Shown here piece by piece: positions 61,699-61,900 of a stretch of 61,900 nucleotides of DNA. How positions within the stretch are numbered: position 1 is the first letter of the stretch; each line of letters opens with the position of its first letter. This stretch comes from a bacterium. GTDB taxonomy: Bacteria; Patescibacteriota; Minisyncoccia; Minisyncoccales; GBS-2. Under the pieces are notes generated by a model. That model had not been told where the DNA came from. It made no database searches and saw nothing but the letters and a program-made list of their open reading frames with translations. The DNA lies in assembly GCA_036803205.1 (NCBI GenBank), contig DAIRUS010000003.1:1-61900 (forward strand), in the 5' to 3' direction. Made by a program: the position numbers and the translations under genes.

Positions 61699-61900
61699 TT
61701 ATCTTAATTTTTCAATAAAACCTTGTAAGTGATTGATCAGAGAAGAGAGATTATTTATTAACGAGGCTAACTGAGAATATAAACCCTCGAGTTCTAATGG
61801 AAGCGAAGCAATAGGAGAAACAGGAAGACCAGGTAGAGTAGCTGGGGGAACAACAATATATGTAGTATAACCTGTTGCTGAATAAGAAGTGGCAGCACTA
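61699..61900 (-). CDS. C-terminal fragment of a protein entering from beyond the window end
   Basis: Open frame from position 61899 down to stop TAA (61701-61699): ...PPATLPGLPVSPIASLPLELEGLYSQLASLINNLSSLINHLQGFIEKLR. Confidence 0.35.
   Translation of the reverse strand, partial: SAATSYSATGYTTYIVVPPATLPGLPVSPIASLPLELEGLYSQLASLINNLSSLINHLQGFIEKLR

Noticed and set aside
1-61900. Alternative genetic code (UGA recoding, as in some candidate phyla) and prophage, integrative element or defence island content
   Set aside because: All conserved genes are full-length under the standard code, so there is no need for UGA read-through. No integrase, transposase, phage structural, restriction-modification, toxin-antitoxin or cas gene was recognisable.

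Overview
This AT-rich window (about one third GC by eye) is densely packed with housekeeping genes, mostly on the minus strand. All long ORFs read through with the standard code. Gene content suggests a reduced-genome bacterium of the Patescibacteria/CPR type; this is an inference from content, no search was run. It includes six aminoacyl-tRNA synthetases (hisS, leuS, metG, glyQS, ileS, argS), ftsA-ftsZ, nrdDG, iorAB and comEC/dprA. It also holds topA, a minimal mfd, a UDP-GlcNAc/murein precursor cluster (glmS, murA, GlmU-like, YvcK-like, sugar kinase), smpB-ssrA and infC-rpmI-rplT. RNA genes seen are tRNA-Leu(CAA) and tmRNA. There is no rRNA, CRISPR array, integrase, transposase or recognisable defence operon. 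Five things the ordinary gene list does not explain: (1) ileS carries an in-frame insertion of about 196 aa that looks like an intact histidine-phosphatase (PGAM-like) domain, placed inside the Zn-knuckle of the synthetase core. (2) Two paralogous 193-aa proteins (hydrophobic N-terminus, winged helix, PaaX/Cas2-like domain) are each bracketed by their own palindrome-containing repeats. One pair is a perfect 52-bp inverted repeat. Extra copies of each palindrome type sit inside the adjacent pth and mfd coding sequences, and the pth copy is a 66-bp in-frame insertion. (3) A GC-rich, heavily structured orphan RNA of about 310 nt has a consensus extended -10 promoter and a clean intrinsic terminator. 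It lacks the RNase P, SRP and 6S signatures I can recall. (4) Several small orphan ORFs form self-contained promoter-SD-ORF-terminator units, two of them behind long structured leaders. (5) Housekeeping genes carry perfect short tandem repeats (topA 15 bp x4, ybeY 7 bp x4.9). All product calls rest on motifs recognised by eye, not on searches.
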